DNA from: an uncultured bacterium
GTDB lineage: Bacteria > CAIJMQ01
NCBI GenBank assembly: GCA_964573245.1
Contig: CAZNJA010000002.1
Coordinates: forward strand, 1 to 46,714
Direction: 5' to 3'
Length of the DNA: 46,714 nucleotides
The notes beneath the pieces are model-generated. The model saw nothing but the letters and a program-made list of their open reading frames with translations. It was not told the origin of the DNA and did no database searches. This document shows positions 45,783 through 46,714 of the stretch, in pieces. A program made the position numbers and the translations under genes. Within the stretch, counting starts at the first letter, position 1. Every line of letters starts with the position of its first letter.

Positions 45783-46714
45783 TTACAGGTCGGAAGCTTT
45801 TTTTTGCCTGCTTAAAATTTTGTCGAGAAGTTCCGAATAGTCATCTCCTTTGACAAAAAGGGGATGCGATATAAGCTGCTTATGAAATGGGATTGTTGTC
45901 CTTACCCCCTCTATACGAAATTCATCCAAAGCTCTTCTCATACGGGCAATAGCTTCATTTCTGTTTCTGCCCCACACAATTAATTTCGCCAACAAAGAAT
46001 CATAATAAGAAGGAATGACATAACCATTATAAACATGAGTATCAACTCTTACAAAAGGTCCTCCCGGCAGACGAAGGTCTGTTACCTTGCCCGGAGAAGG
46101 CATAAAATCCGCATGGACATCTTCAGCGTTTATTCTGCATTCTATAGCCCATCCTTTGGGCTGGATCGCATCGGCAGAATATCTTATAAGTTCGCCCAAA
46201 GCTACGCGAACTTGTTCTTTTACTATATCTATATTACAAACCATCTCTGTTACGGGATGCTCTACTTGCAACCTTGTATTCATCTCCATAAAGTAGAACC
46301 GCCCCGCTTTATCCATGAGAAATTCCACAGTTCCCGCGTTTGTATAATTTATAGCTTTAACCGCCTCCGCCGCATATTTGAAAAGTTTCTTTCTTGCTTT
46401 GGCATTTACAACAGGCGAGGGGGACTCTTCCAATAATTTCTGGTATCTTCTCTGAATTGAGCAATCCCTTTCTCCAAGAGTAAGCACGTTTCCTTTCTTG
46501 TCTGCCAGCACTTGGACCTCTATATGACGGGAAGTGGGCATAAATTTTTCGATATAAAGACTCGCGTCTCCAAACGCTACTTCTACTTCTCTTTGGCAGG
46601 CAATAAATAAAGAAACAAGCCTACCATCGTTGTAAGCTATCCTCATTCCTTTGCCGCCCCCGCCTTTTGCGGCTTTGATAATAACCGGGTAACCAATCTT
46701 TCTAGCAAGTTTCA
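45783..46714 (-). CDS. accC: Acetyl-CoA carboxylase biotin carboxylase subunit, C-terminal ~310 codons (5' end outside window)
   Basis: The frame is open to the window end: ...KLARKIGYPVIIKAAKGGGGKGMRIA...; EKF....RHIEVQVLAD..GN...LGERDCS.QRR.QK..EE.P; MNTR.QVEHPVTE. Confidence 0.92.
   Translation of the reverse strand, partial: KLARKIGYPVIIKAAKGGGGKGMRIAYNDGRLVSLFIACQREVEVAFGDASLYIEKFMPTSRHIEVQVLADKKGNVLTLGERDCSIQRRYQKLLEESPSPVVNAKARKKLFKYAAEAVKAINYTNAGTVEFLMDKAGRFYFMEMNTRLQVEHPVTEMVCNIDIVKEQVRVALGELIRYSADAIQPKGWAIECRINAEDVHADFMPSPGKVTDLRLPGGPFVRVDTHVYNGYVIPSYYDSLLAKLIVWGRNRNEAIARMRRALDEFRIEGVRTTIPFHKQLISHPLFVKGDDYSELLDKILSRQKKASDL

Overview
A 46.7 kb, AT-rich (roughly 35-40% GC by eye), tightly packed chromosomal segment. 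It comes from a diderm bacterium: lptC-lptA-lptB and lnt are present. It is probably an uncultivated lineage, and I cannot assign taxonomy from the sequence alone. Almost all genes are housekeeping. They include comM/yifB, an araB-araD cluster whose isomerase is FucI-like rather than AraA, pyrE, a secreted GH30, mtnP, and a GlcD-like FAD oxidoreductase. Next come a CPBP protease, a double-domain NDK-like protein, lnt, a PiT transporter with its DUF47 partner, folC, clpC, ilvE, rpiB, tsaC and prfB. The prfB programmed +1 frameshift is missed by the ORF track. The remainder are a LeuB/tartrate-dehydrogenase family enzyme, phoH-HD(7TM)-ybeY, DUF502, an S41 lipoprotein, recG, a HAD hydrolase, an anchored EIIA-domain protein, lon, an Asp23/AmaP-like protein and accC (partial). 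The left edge carries a frameshifted 78-aa-repeat TPR gene coupled to a truncated beta-helix surface protein with a (DT)n tract. I found no rRNA, tRNA, CRISPR array, transposase or integrase. The unusual content is non-genic and falls into two groups. (1) A family of GC-rich palindromic hairpin elements occurs in intergenic spacers and also in-frame inside folC (twice) and lon. Two copies show compensatory stem substitutions. (2) Arrays with strict 7-nt periodicity, often arranged as inverted arms, fill at least five intergenic spacers. One sits inside the lnt coding sequence and shares a 19-mer with an intergenic array. A low-GC orphan gene with a PD-(D/E)xK-like motif lies downstream of folC. 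All functional calls rest on motif recognition from the translated ORFs; no database search was possible.
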